A DNA stretch of 63,413 bases, counting the filler, from Folioceros fuciformis (lineage: Eukaryota), in NCBI GenBank assembly GCA_049999805.1. It is 6 parts of 5 records of this genome, joined end to end, with 100 filler letters (N's around TTAATTAATTAA, not from the genome) between each part and the next. Parts side by side here need not be neighbours in the genome. Positions count along the whole stretch, not along the records: positions 1 to 15,955 come from JBNGIO010006082.1; positions 16,056 to 39,873 come from JBNGIO010006082.1; 4 more parts are not named here. One strand, given 5' to 3'. Below, piece by piece: positions 13,784 to 27,020 of the stretch (the stretch's first letter is position 1; every line of letters begins with the position of its first letter). The position numbers and the translations under genes are program-made. The notes below the pieces were generated by a model that saw only the letters and a list, made by a program, of their open reading frames with translations, searched no databases and was not told the DNA's origin.

Positions 13784-13958
13784 AGCATAGTTTCTAATAG
13801 CAGACCACCCCAACCGTGTGGCATGGGTTGGTGTATCTTCGAGAGGCCTGAAAATCCTAAACCTAACTCCTAAATTCTGTCTACGAATGCCAACAATCTT
13901 TAGTTGGTAAGCTATAAATAGGCTCCATGGGTACGAGACCCACCTGTCACACGCAGCA

Positions 13959-14353
<395 letters not shown>

Positions 14354-15955
14354 GCAAATTTTGGGGGAGTTTGGAGGGCATACCGAGTGTGGACTGCAAT
14401 TTTGTGAGGATCTCCCCCACACTGTTGAGGTATGGTGGTGGACTTTCGGGTGGAGCTTCTCTTCGGTTGTGAGTTAGGGGCTAACGGCAGGGCAGCAGAA
14501 AGTGGGTGGAGCGCTGATATATGTAGGTATCTCTATTTGTGCTGGAAGAGGGTTCTCAGACAGCTGTGTACGTTTTCCAATTCGTAATTTTGGCGGAATT
14601 CATGTCTGGCCCTGCCGTTTTTCAGATGGGGACGTTGTGTAAGTTTGGCTGGTTGCAGGTGTTTGGGAATATTTGACTGCTTCTTCCTCCTTTGGTTTTC
14701 TCGAAGTATTTCTGTCTGTCCTACTCATGGCATGCCTTCCGTGAGTGACTGGGGGTGGTCTGGGTGTGACATACGGCTTGCCCTTTCTCTTGTGTGTGTG
14801 TTGCGGTTGGTGCTGCTGCGGTGACTAGGAAATTGGTTTTCTAGACCAGGTCTTAATGGAGGATGGTTTTGTGTATATTTGGCGTGGAGAACCGGGATAC
14901 GAATTTATTGCCACCCTTCTCCCGTGGAGGGTGGGCTACTAGTGCCGGAAAAACAACGTGGTTCTTTTAGCTCTATGCCTGCCCGTCCACAGCATAGGGT
15001 TACGCTAGCCACTATACTCTTGGTTGTTCATCTAGTTGTGCAACTTGGGTTCTGGATTTGGCTTGTAGTTTGCAAACCTAGGAATTCAATCTGATCGTCA
15101 ACCTTTCCTTTGCCTTACAAGTACCCAGAATATGAAGAATGTAGTGATTGTACAGGAAAGTCTAGGTGTGTTATTTGCTAACGCTCCAAGGTTCGAAGCT
15201 TTTCACCAGAGTGAGTTATCCATCGGGTGGCTTTTATTCTCTTTTTCCGATTTACTTATTTTCTGAAAAGACAAGCCACCCGGAAAGTGTCTGCGGCTTT
15301 AAATGCTTGACGTACCTGTCATGTATATGAAGTTAAGGTTTCGCCGCGAGATGTTTTTCTTCCTGTCTTGCTTGTGACAGCCGTTTCCAACATGAGTGCA
15401 ACCTTTTCATTGCCTAGTAGTAGCTTTGGGCATTGACAAAAGGCACTCAAAGATCAATACGATTGCTAATTCTTGCATAAGGCATCAGTGAATGCATGCT
15501 TCGCTCTTTCGGTACAGCCAATTTCATGAATGATACTTGGAATGTCTTGGTCAAGTTCTTCGAGTGCACTCGAAGAGTGTATTTCCCGTGATGATTTTTA
15601 AGTCATCTGGATGTCAGAAGATGCCTTCCTCTACAAGTGGATGGGTTGGCTGCTTTTTCACATCCATAGATTCGATGGCTTTGACATCAGCCAGGATCTT
15701 TGACAGGTGGGATTTTGAGCTAAACTACGGAGCTAGATCCATTTTTTGTGTCGTGGTTATCTGAAGCTCGTGACATGAATTCTGAGCTGGCTCTCTTGCC
15801 AACTGGACTGACCTTCCTGCTGATATCTAGTTGCGTGTCGTCTGTTTTCACGCATAGTCTCTCTTCGGCCGCCTGTACTAATTGTAGTCCCGTGTGAACA
15901 ACTGTTGTGATCAGTCAAGCCGCAATATGTTGAATGGAGGATCTGCCAAAGTATC

Positions 15956-16055
15956 NNNNNNNNNNNNNNNNNNNNNNNNNNNNNNNNNNNNNNNNNNNNT
16001 TAATTAATTAANNNNNNNNNNNNNNNNNNNNNNNNNNNNNNNNNNNNNNNNNNNN
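15956..16055. other. Artificial scaffold linker (also 39874-39973, 50477-50576, 57255-57354, 62088-62187)
   Basis: N44-TTAATTAATTAA-N44, identical each time, with stops in all six frames. Confidence 0.98.
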
Positions 16056-16914
16056 AGGCAAGCGGAACGTTTTGTCAGCAACCTTATGTCGCGGTCTATC
16101 GGTCCTCCCTCGTTCCTCTTCCTTCTTTTAGAAAAACAGAGATACGAGTCCAAGATATTCTGCACGTTTTTTACTATTTCCGTCCCTGTGATTCATCCTA
16201 AATTTTGGAAATCATGGTATCGTGGTATCCTGGGCTTCTTGTATGGGGCCATAAGCGAGCTGTGAACTCCATATTTATATTGTTTTTCCCGAAAATCGTC
16301 GATTGCAACCAAAGTTCTATTTTGCTGGAGAACCGGTAAATCTGATGTCAACGCAGAGGTGTGGACGACCTTTCGCAAACATTAGTAATCGGACATCGCG
16401 TAAGGCATCAAGGTTTGATCAGAATAATGTCTATTGATGGCACTTTACCATTCTGTGGCCGGCACTTCACCATTCTGTGGCGGGCACTTCGTCTTTTTTA
16501 TTAACGTTGGGCAATATCACTTCATGGGGTGTTGAAGATCACATTGACCAGATACTAAGTGATAGATTATAATTTGATATTAACGCTCAACAAAAAGTGA
16601 CCACATCCTCCAGGCTTCGGACTCATCCACCACCGTCTGCCTGGGAAAATTGGTGTAAACATAACCTAGACCCTCAGGTTCCTTCCGGATGGATTGCCAG
16701 GAGGAGCACCCACAAACAATATAATCTATGGCTTATCGACTGAGCGCCCGCAATACCTCTGTCATCGGACCTCGAGCTCCGCGTTGGTGCAAGCCGAGCT
16801 CAGGTACCACGATGGGCAATGTTCGTGATGCTGTGGGGACAACATCAGCGCAGAGAGCGGGGGTTTAAGTTAGTTCCTACGAGGCGGGAGCTTTGATGGT
16901 GGATTATCAGCTTG

Positions 16915-19900
16915 TCATGCCCCTTTTCTCACTTTTTTACCGATTCTGTGGCAAGAAATGCTAACAGTTAAGATGCATACGTGGCAAACCTGACAGAAGT
17001 ACAGACACTGGCATAGAAAAAGCATATGGAACATTTGAGTACCTGAAGCAATGAATGCCGAGAGCAGACGTGATATCACGAATGACACTTGAAACAAAGT
17101 GCAAGTACAACACACCTGCACACAGCGACAAGACCAATGCCCAGTTTCAGTTACGCTGATTCAGAAGCATTGTAATTTGGTACGGAACAGCATTGTGACA
17201 GACTTACTTGTGTAAGCGGTGAATGCCACCAACAGCCAAAACTCCTTTACGGGTTCCCTGCCAGCATGTTCATCATCCAGAAGTTAGCAAAGGCCTATAG
17301 CATTACAGGGTAACGTTTCCTTGGCACCCTCATGCGCCAAAAGCGATTCATACCTGCCCTGAAGTCTTGCCGACACAGCATTGGCGATGCAGAAAGGCAA
17401 AACCAGCAAAGACTGCAGGAGAAAAGATCATCCGCCATTAGGGCTTGTCCAGTGGAACTGCAACAGAGGGATTCACGAAGTCATACCATATACATCCCAG
17501 TCTTCAAGCCCTTAGGTTCGTCACACAGGTGAGCCAAAATGATCCGTCCCTGCGTACATGGTCCACCTAATTGACTGATGCACTTGCACACCGCAAACTT
17601 GCTATAAATGTGGAATAACTAACACACACTTCACGCTTGTACCAGAGAACAGGTACCACTCCCCAGTCACTTACCACAAGGTAGCCAAAGGCTAATCCTG
17701 TTCCCAGCAAAACCAAATGAGGGTGGTTTCCCAGAATATCAGATGGCGATAACCAGCCCCTAGAATACATCGCAGAAGATTGAGACATCAGAGAAATCGA
17801 AAAGGGACAACTGCATATTGTAGGTGGCATGAGCTGTCTGATGACACCAAAACATTGAGCGCAGCGACTAACCAGATAGAAACTCCTCCCACGAGCAAGA
17901 CGAAGGGCACGAGCTGCAAAGGAAAACGAAAAAATAGTTCATTAACGCATGACCCAAATGAACATCACCCTAAACGAAGGATCAGATCCTTTTCTGAACA
18001 GGGAAACCAGAAGGAACTTCATCACAGTGAACCACATGCTCACCATTGCAAAGGCAGGTACAATATTTCCCCTCTTTGAAGAAAGCACTTCCCGAACATT
18101 TGACACACTGCAAGGAAGCAGCCGCTCGAGTACTTAAGTATACATTATAGAGTCCTCGTCTACCAAAGATCTCTTGTCCTTCAGTGATTACAAAACTGCA
18201 CAATTTCTTATATTCGAACTATAGCGTGCTTACCTGCATAGCACAGTGGGAGTAACAGCAAAGAGCATCATGCCAGCAATGACAACACGATTCAGCGGAA
18301 CATCTGCCAAGGTGGAGGACACATTAGAATACTGCAGGTCACAGAGACAAAAATTGATGCTTAGAAATGCAATTCCTGGCAAGATGCAACACATTAAGGA
18401 CCGTCAGGCCGAGCAACCTCCAGCCTCCCTTGGCCTGAGATGCGAAATAGCATAGCACCTGGAAGAAATGGAGACCCAGTTGCTTGATGAACACTCTGCT
18501 TCCACCACTCAGGACCTGTAAAAATATGTTAGGCGGCTAGGACTCTCAAGAGCACGACTCGGAACTAAGCATCTGCTTAAAACACAGGGAGGGGAATATT
18601 TGCATGCTTGCAAGACAAGTACCGACAAAGGCAGTGAAGAAATGTGTGAGGTAAATGAGCATCAGGCCCTCTGTGGGACCATTAATTTCGGGTAGTATGA
18701 GAGTGTTTGTGAAGAAGCTGCAGTACCAAAGAAGCAATCTGAGCTGCAATAATCCTGGAAACTCACAAGCACGCCAGCTGCCGTAGGGCAAGCCATCATT
18801 TTTCACATAATAGCCAGTGCATACCAGGGCTGTAGTCTTCGAACATACCTCTCCCAAGTAGCTGCAAAGAACGGTATGCTTGCAATCACATAGAACCAGA
18901 ACGCACTCTTGCCACATAGCATTGCCGAGCTAAATGCCATTGTCTCAAACTGATTACCAGATTCCCAGCACACCAGAGTCAGAGGCAGATAACATAACGC
19001 GTCAATGAAAAGCCTGAGCAGTGGGACAAAAATAGTCTTACCGCACACGTAAGGGCATCACAGCCTGACCACCAACAACCACCCAATCCAGGGAAGCCAC
19101 CAGTGGAGTTAGAACATCTCTCCAACCATCGTTACAGCAGCAAAGGAGAGAAGGCTTTGCAAAACAAGGCTTGATCAAGGCTCTGCTGACCATGGTCGAA
19201 GAGCTCTCCCAGAGGACTTGAAGAATTCGTTCGCCTTGCTTGCTTCCCATCAACAGCATCAAATGTCTGAAGTTTTCAGCAAGAAGCGAACTTTAGAATG
19301 CACTCTGGGAAAGAGCAACTGGAAAAGGAAATGGGAAACACTTCACTGCCTCCTGCATTGATTTGCTTACCTGATACAGAAACAACAAGAGACCGTGCAA
19401 CAGGAAGACCCATCTTGGAGATGCTTCAGTAAGGTGGGGAGAAAAAACCTGAATAACGATCGGTCAAAAGTGAGTATCCCAGGGAAGCACAAACTATACC
19501 AGGCTCAGTGCAACAATAAGCCAACAACCTCGCTGCAAACAAAAGCACTAGATTTTCACTCAGCTTTCGTTCTTACGTAGCTCAACAAAGCTGATGTGAC
19601 GACAAAAAGGAAGCCAATCAGCGTGATCTGCACCCATCAAGCACAACCGGACGTCAGCTCCAGAGTGAAAACCAAGCCACAGCCCAGCAGCTGCATAACC
19701 AAACAGAGGCAAAACAGCTCACCATATTAGGCCTGTTCCAGGGCGCCACATGCATTGCATCCCACCACGATCCATCGTTAGAATTCCCGGCGACGAGCCC
19801 CAAAACCCTACTCATCCCCTAGACGTGGTTCCACGACAGCGCAGACACAATTGCTGTAGACCTCAGCCCAAAGGCAAGGAAATGTGAGCTGGGGGACTGT

Positions 19901-20045
19901 AGACTCACGGTATCCAGAGCGGGAAGAGCTTGACAAAGCGGCTCCAGAAGGGCTGCATCACGTATTTTGCCAGATAGGAGCGATCGACGCCGCTGTACTT
20001 GTATCTGTGCAGCGCCTCGACGCCATGCTTCCCGATGTAGCCCAT
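16915..20045 (-). CDS. AAPT1: Choline/ethanolaminephosphotransferase (aminoalcoholphosphotransferase), multi-exon
   Basis: Spliced translation [34 protein letters not shown]...PPNMITLIG...[29 protein letters not shown] (CDP-alcohol phosphotransferase motif)...[20 protein letters not shown]. Introns checked are GT-AG. Confidence 0.95.
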
Positions 20046-20516
20046 CCTGAAAGCCGATCGAAGTCAGCCCTCCCCGCTCCCGATCCCGAACGCGCCCCCG
20101 CCAACTCCGAGCTGCTGCTACCGGGCACCCTCGATTTTCCGCAGCTCCATTTACAGGTGAGATGATTTGGCGTTCCTTGGCGACGAGGACGGGGCCGCCA
20201 CCTGTTGAGCCTTCGTTCATTCCCAGGGTTTAGTAGCCGTAGCCGTAGCCGTAATTAGTTCGTCGCGTTGGGATTCGCACTTTTCATTCGAATTAGTGGC
20301 AGGTTTATGATAACATCTCAGGATTGACAGTCCTGGACGGATTGACTTTCGGGACTTGTGTCCCAGCCCCCTGGGCAGGATATTCTCTGGCCCCTCAGGT
20401 CAAGGGATAGTGACGATGACGGACAGGCAGGATCGTGTTGTCACCCTGGAGAGATCGCAGCGACGCATGTTTGGATTATATATAGCGTAAACTACAAAAT
20501 TGGTCGAGACCACGCG

Positions 20517-23134
20517 TCAAGCGAAAAGTTTGATAGCGTGCGGCCTTTCCCAATTCTCTCCTTCAGTTCGCGCTCGCGTCTTGCTGAGGGTACGCTGGAA
20601 GGACATCCATCCTTTGGCACGCTTCAGCAGTGCCTTGCCTGCCGGGCTTTTACCTAGAGTCAGAAAACGGTCGTTGCCGTGAGACAAGCTTCTCTTCAGA
20701 AAACCCACGCCTGGTGCGCATCCTGCAACGTAAAGGTTCTCCTTGCCGGGACTCGTGGGTTCGGTTGATGTCTGGACGTCGCCCACCATTGTAGGCTCCT
20801 CCTGCGGAACTACCATACTGCTGGGAAGTCCTGTAGTGCCTGATCGCCTTACCGAGTCGGATGTCTCGTCGCGGGTACCTGGAATGTTCTGGGCCGCCTC
20901 TGGGATCCTAGTGTCGGGGCAGATCTCGCTTTTGGGCACGATCTTGTGAACTGCGTTGATGGCTGCTGTGGCATTTCTTGCTGACTTGACGCTCTCCTTG
21001 TTGTGAACCACGTTCGAGTCTCGGACCTTGAGCTTGCACGCTGCGGGGCCTTTCCTTGTCGTCGTGTCCCTGGGGGTGAGTTCGGATGCTCTGCTGGGTT
21101 GGCCACCTCCGTTGCTGGATGCAGTCGGTTTCCTGTAGTTGGCTTGAAGCCCTCGCCCAGGTGGCGGAGGAAGCTCTCCTGCTTTGAAGGAGGTAGGTTC
21201 AGGAGCTACAGTAGTTGGCTTTACCTGGCTCGAGTCTACACTCTTTCTTCGAGAAGGAAGGGCTGAGATCAGTGATGGGAGGCTCTTAGCCGGCGATGAA
21301 GACCGGAGCCCGAAAGAAAGCCTCCTCAACCCCATGCTCTCAGATGTGAAGTGTTGCCCTATCCACCCTTTCTTCTTTCCATCAGAGTCTGTCTTCGAGC
21401 TCTTGACGGGCTTTGGATTCGGCACGAATGTCGGATTGGAGAATAGGACTACCTTGGATGTCTTGCCCTGCGAGAAGTTCCACGGTTGCTTGATCTCTGT
21501 TGCCTTGAGTGGAATGGTCTTCACTTCCAAGCTACCATCATGTAACACAATTTGATCGATTTTCGACTCGGCCCGACCAGAGGTTTCCCCAGCATGAACA
21601 TTGAGTGCCGGGGTCAACATGAAACCTTCCGTCTTCTTGCAATCCGTAACTGACCGGGCTGGCGCTTCTCGAACTTCAGATACCTCATTGCTTCTCTTTG
21701 ATAGAGAGATCTCAGCATCCTTCTTGAGCGATGTCGTTGACGTCACCTTTTTCTGGGCAATGGGTCTCTTGATGTCTTTGGCTTTGGGGCAAACCTCCCT
21801 CTTTGCCGGAGAATTCAGACATTCCGATACTTCTGTCCTCTGAAGCACAGGACTACGTGGTACGCTGGCAATGTTGTTCTCTGGGGAGCCGTCGTAAGGA
21901 AACACAACTTTGAACCTGTGTGCGGCCTTGGTTGCAATCTTCTTCTCTGTCAAGTTCTTCGCCTGTGATCTCCGAACTAGAACCTTCCTTGGCGCCGTGC
22001 CCGCTGCTGGTGCTCCACCCTTGATAGAATCTTTCACAGTCTCCTTTTCCGTATCTTTCGTAGCTGTGGCTGCCTTATCCTGTTCGAAGCATCTGTTCTC
22101 GTCCAGAGATTCCTTGACAATGCCGGCCATCTCCTTAGCATATTGGTTTGCTACAAGAATTTCTGAAACAGCTTGATGAACGGCAGCGGCGGGCTCTGAC
22201 CACCGTCTCCAGTCGCCCTCTGATAACAAACAAACTCACTTCGTCAATCAGTTGGAGAGAAACAACTATGCGGAACATGGATCCCATTCACGAAGGACAA
22301 CTGGGACTGCACCGGCGGGAGGGAGAGCCAAGATGTCGTGATCTTCAACCTTCAGGACATCCTTCATGCGAGGCAAGGGTTTTTTGCCTGCAAAACCTCT
22401 CAAGTATAAGTACCGAGGACACTTGTCTACAATATATTGCAGCTTTTCGTACATGCCAGAAAAAAAAACAAAAAAAAAATCAGTCCTTTTGACCAGGATG
22501 GCTGGTTTACCTCCGCGCATGTCGATCACTCCATGAGTTTTCTGCAGGGCGCAAGGCGGCGGGACTTCTTGCAGCCTACACCGAATAGGAATTAAAATCT
22601 ATCTGTGGCCGGCGGTGCGCCAGCATGACTGGGAAAGCACCACCCTGCGCCGACACTACGAATTACCTTCTCGTGGGGTTCTTTCGTCTCACGAGCATTT
22701 GCGACCTATTGGGACCGGCGATTTGTCTGCTTTTTTCTTTACCACTGTAACTCGCACCAAGGCAGCTCCTGGTGGTGGTTATGTTCTGTTGCAACTCTTG
22801 AAGTTTGGCAACCACAAGATCAACCTGACAAGTTTCCAAGGGATTTTAGCGAAGAAAGAGGGTATGAAAGACAGGGAAGGAAACGAAAAGCATTTCAGCA
22901 CTCCTCACCTTTTCAACAGCTTGCACTATCAGTGGGGATGCCATAGCCAGGCCCTGCTAGTGAGCAATTCAAAGTGAGAAGAGCAGACGCCAACAGACAG
23001 ACCATGCACAATACAGATATGAAGTATCTCCACGGTAGATCTTCAAAACGTTTGGAGTTACAACGTACCATGTTTTCGTCGCCTTCTGCACTTGGTGCAC
23101 GAATGATTTGACGGGAGGACGCCGGGGCTTGCAT
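20517..23134 (-). CDS. TAN1: TANGLED1-like microtubule-binding division-plane protein; 5' end may extend to the ATG at 23867
   Basis: Spliced N-terminus PLIVQAVEK|VDLVVAKLQELQQNI and GDWRRWSEPAAAVHQAVSEILVANQYAKEM resemble the conserved TAN1 region ([35 protein letters not shown]). A long basic Ser/Pro/Lys-rich exon with FSNPTF follows. Confidence 0.75.
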
Positions 23135-24175
23135 GTGACCTTAACTGATAACGCTTACAAACAGATGGAGAATCTCTTCAATAACGACAGACAATTGGAA
23201 ACCACATAGTCTTCCAGGCAGCAAAAGACTTCTTGATCTCTCGGTATCCTTGACAACCTCTCCCCGAGCAGTCGCTCAGTTATTGAAAATAGAGGAAAGT
23301 AGCTGGTCAGTTTCGGGGGTGGAGCACCTCACTACCAATGCGGCAGGCGAAGATGCGCATAATGCCCTGCAGAAATCTTCATCAGTCCCACTTCGAAACC
23401 CAAATCACAGCACCGCAACCCGACCAACATTTCAGCAGCGGAGGAAATACAAGAGAGTGACTCACACGAACAGGCGCTGTCAGATCGAAGACAACTCTGA
23501 AGCCACAAACTGCAGCTCATCTCTGCACGCCTTCCCGAAATCCTTCTCGAAGAAAAAATAGATTACAGATATATAGCAACGACAAGCAGGGGTCGCATCC
23601 TAAGCTTTAAAAGGGAGTAAATAACGATCAAATGCCGAGAAGAAAGCAGTTGGAGCTGGATCCAGACAAGCAGCTGGACCGGACACTCTGCAGCGGAGGG
23701 CATCTATCCAAGACCGCACACACCACCGGCTGCTCCCTTCCATCCGAATCCACACTCTCTTCCTGCAGTTTCTTGGACCCGGAGTAGAAGAGCAAACACA
23801 GCAACACGAACCGGACCTCGCACGGCGTTCTTGACCTGTTGCTTCCCAGGACAGGATCTTTCATCATGTCACCACAACAGCATCCCACCCAAGCACCGGA
23901 AACCCCTCAGCACAGCAATCTTGAGAGCAGCCGCAGCGCAGCGCAGCGGAAGCGGCAGCAGCAGTGGCAGCAGCAGCGGAGCGTAGCAGGAGCAGCCGCA
24001 GCGGCAGCAGAAGAGGAATCAGACGAAGGGGTGGAAATGGCGCCAACAGGACAGGTCGGGCGGGGGCAAGGCCACCACTATTCCATCCAGGAAGATGCCG
24101 TGCAGAGTGCAGCTGGTCCTGTATCCATATCCGGCCAGCTCCGGAAGCGGGGTGTAGGGAAATCGATGGAGACGC

Positions 24176-24406
24176 CGCCGTTACCGCACAGTGTGCCGCG
24201 GATTGCAGCCGAAATTGCAGCTCTCGTGGCGCATGCGGATTCTCGCCTCCCCCACCAATGCCGCATTTGAACGGGACGTGACAACACGCCGCGATGTGAC
24301 CGTTGGCCAGGGAGCGCCAGCACTACTACGGTCCCACCTACCACGCACACCTACACTTCAAACGTCCGGACATCGGACCCGCATCCCGTTATGCCGTTCT
24401 CCCGTT
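24176..24406. promoter_or_regulatory. Cluster of MSA-like AACGG cores upstream of TAN1
   Basis: Six AACGG/CCGTT cores in 230 bp, including gaccgttgg (24298-24306) and tttgaacggg (about 24266). Confidence 0.55.
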
Positions 24407-24879
24407 CTGTTCCTTCCCAACGACCCTTCCATTGTCGCTCCACCTTGTGAAGGTCAAGATCACACTCTTACACGGACTCGGCTGGGATGGGACGCCCAGG
24501 CTACCGACGTTAGCGTTGGATCTTATCCGGATAATATGTGTCACAAACATAACATCTATTTTTTTATCATCCTTTTTGTTATTAAAACTTTAAATATACA
24601 ACTACAATAATATATGTTTTTCTCAATTTTAATTAACTTCCTAATTTTAGCAGCCCCCTCTAGAGATCAATAGAGCCATCTACTTTGAAGTAATGGGTGA
24701 GGCCTTACCTCTCCTTCATAAAGGGAACATGTTAATCTAAATTCTTTGCTCCTCTTATGTTAAACCCCATGGGTTTATTACAACCATGGCCACTAGTTAC
24801 CTAGATACCTAGTTTAGGGTTAGATGTATATTGAAGGGTTATTCATAGTAACATTTAGGGTTTAGTATTTAAAGTCTAC

Positions 24880-25880
24880 TCTTTGTGAACATTTTATTAT
24901 CATTATTATTATTATTTGTCAAGTTTGTTCTCTCTCTAGTAGTTCTGACATCTTCTCTTCTTTTTGTGAAGATTTTATTATCATCATTATTATTATTTGT
25001 CAAGTTTGTTCTTTCTCTAGTACTGACATCTTCTCTTCTCCTGCAGTAGTCTCAATCATCTAAATTCATTACTCTTCTCTTCTCTTCTAGTAGTCTAAGT
25101 CTTTAGGGTTGGTGAGGTGATATATCTTTGCAATGTGTGTTGGGATTGAGATTCTTGCTAATGTTATTGTGCATGTAGATATCTTAGTTATATCTTTGCA
25201 ATGTTAGCTAGGATTGAGATCCTTGATGTTGTTGTTGTGCATAAATCTAAGTTCTAGAATAGTGTATTAGATGTTATACAAGCATATGATAGATCAATTG
25301 TCCAAAATGTATTGAGTAATTTGTTTGCTAAGAATATGTTGGGCAGTTTGTTAGTCTTGCAAGTGCTATTTCAATCTAGTTCTTAGAGATACCTCAAATT
25401 TAGGGTTTAAGGTTTAGAGTTTATTCTTTTCAATGACCTAGGTGCAATAACCCATCTAGGACTGTGCCTAATCCTAGAATCCTTCCTAATCCTACATCCA
25501 TGGACAAGCTTAAGAGGAACGAGGGGTCTTCAATGACCCGACCTAGGATTATGTCTAAACCTAGAATCCTTCCTAATTCTCTTCCTAATCCTCCATCCAT
25601 GGGCAAGCTTAAGAGGAACTAGGGGTCTTCAATGACCCCACCTAGGATTGTGCCTAAACCTAGAATCCCACCTAATTATCCATATGCCCAGGTCCATAGG
25701 TTAGTCCAGCACGGATTGTCCTTAGGCACCTAGGTCCATAGGTTAGTCCAGCACGGATTGTCCATACGCTTGACACCTAGGTGCATAGGTTAGTCCAAGA
25801 GGGTTGTCCATATGTCGAGCACCTAGGTCCATACGTGAGTCAAGAGGGATTGTCCATACTTCTAGCACCTAGGTGTGTGA
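24880..25880. repeat. AT-rich island with three short tandem arrays (about 80 bp x2, about 90-100 bp x2.5, about 41-45 bp x4); probable non-autonomous TE
   Basis: Repeats of ttttattatcattattattatttgtcaagtttgttc, caagcttaagaggaac..ggggtcttcaatgacc and cacctaggtccataggttagtcca. No ORF. Confidence 0.7.
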
Positions 25881-27020
25881 GGATTGAGAGGAACTAAGAG
25901 GCTGTCTATATAGCAATGAGAACAACTCAAGTCTGGGAAGGTCTTTTCTCGTGTGGGAAAGAGATATAATAAAAAATCATTAGAAATATTAAATTATTAA
26001 TTAAAGGGGATTTAGAACAGCAAACCAGAATCGAATTCAAAGGTGCTGGACGGATATGTTCTTCCATGAAGCTTTCACTGAAACATTTCCATACCTGTAG
26101 TCCTGCTATGACAGCTCACACAACATCAGCAAATCACCACCGCTGTCAGCTCTGAATTCTAAGCATGACATCTCAAGATTAATCGTCAACCAAAACTTGA
26201 ATAGTTGCTAGACCTGCTGCAAATCCAGTGCATAACCTTAGCCTTTTTCTGATGGACTCCTCAATCTATCACCCGAAAGCAGTGTTTCCCCCGTGTTCCA
26301 CATCAGAGAAAACTTGCTGCTTGAACATGGTTGTCCAGGATGGTATCTGGCTGTCCTTGATGCTGTCCTCCTTTCACAATACGAGTGTGCACCTGCCTGA
26401 ATATCTGTACCCTCACAGTAAGGCCATCAGTCTGAGGACAAGCAAAAAGCGACACGATCAGTCACAGTCGGTCCCTCTGCTCCTCCCTTTCCCCGTACAG
26501 AAACCTGTAAAAAACCTGTGTGCATGTTCCAGCTCCCCATATTCTGCCGGTTTGGGTCGGAATGTCTCAGACAATCGCGTCTGGAATCCTCTCCACTAGA
26601 AAGCAGCTAGAAATTCACAAACTCAACAGCCAGAGTTTCTCCGACTTCTCCAGCGACAGCAACTGCTCCCAGACCTCAACTGGCTGCCTATCGGAACGAA
26701 AAAGTCTGATTCACAGCAGGTCGCGGGAGGCAGGGCTGTGTCTGTATATGGTCCGAAATCTGCCCGGCCTGCACCAGCCATGCTGCTATTCGGGGAGTCA
26801 GGAGGCCCTAAAGTTGCCATCGGACTGGGATAAGAAATGTTGTTATCGAAAATTAACAGGAACATACCCACTACACCTAGGTGCATCCGCTTGCCCGAAG
26901 TTGGTTATTTGTCGTATTTAGTTGTGTCAGGGTTAGCCAGTTGTGCAGGCAAGTGGCGTCCTCTGGTGTGTGAAGAGCCAGCTGAGAAGGAAGAAGTCGA
27001 TCGGCGGAAGGTCGGTGCCG

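Noticed and set aside
16000-16011. Recurrent TTAATTAATTAA motif (5 copies)
   Set aside because: Synthetic linker centred in N runs.
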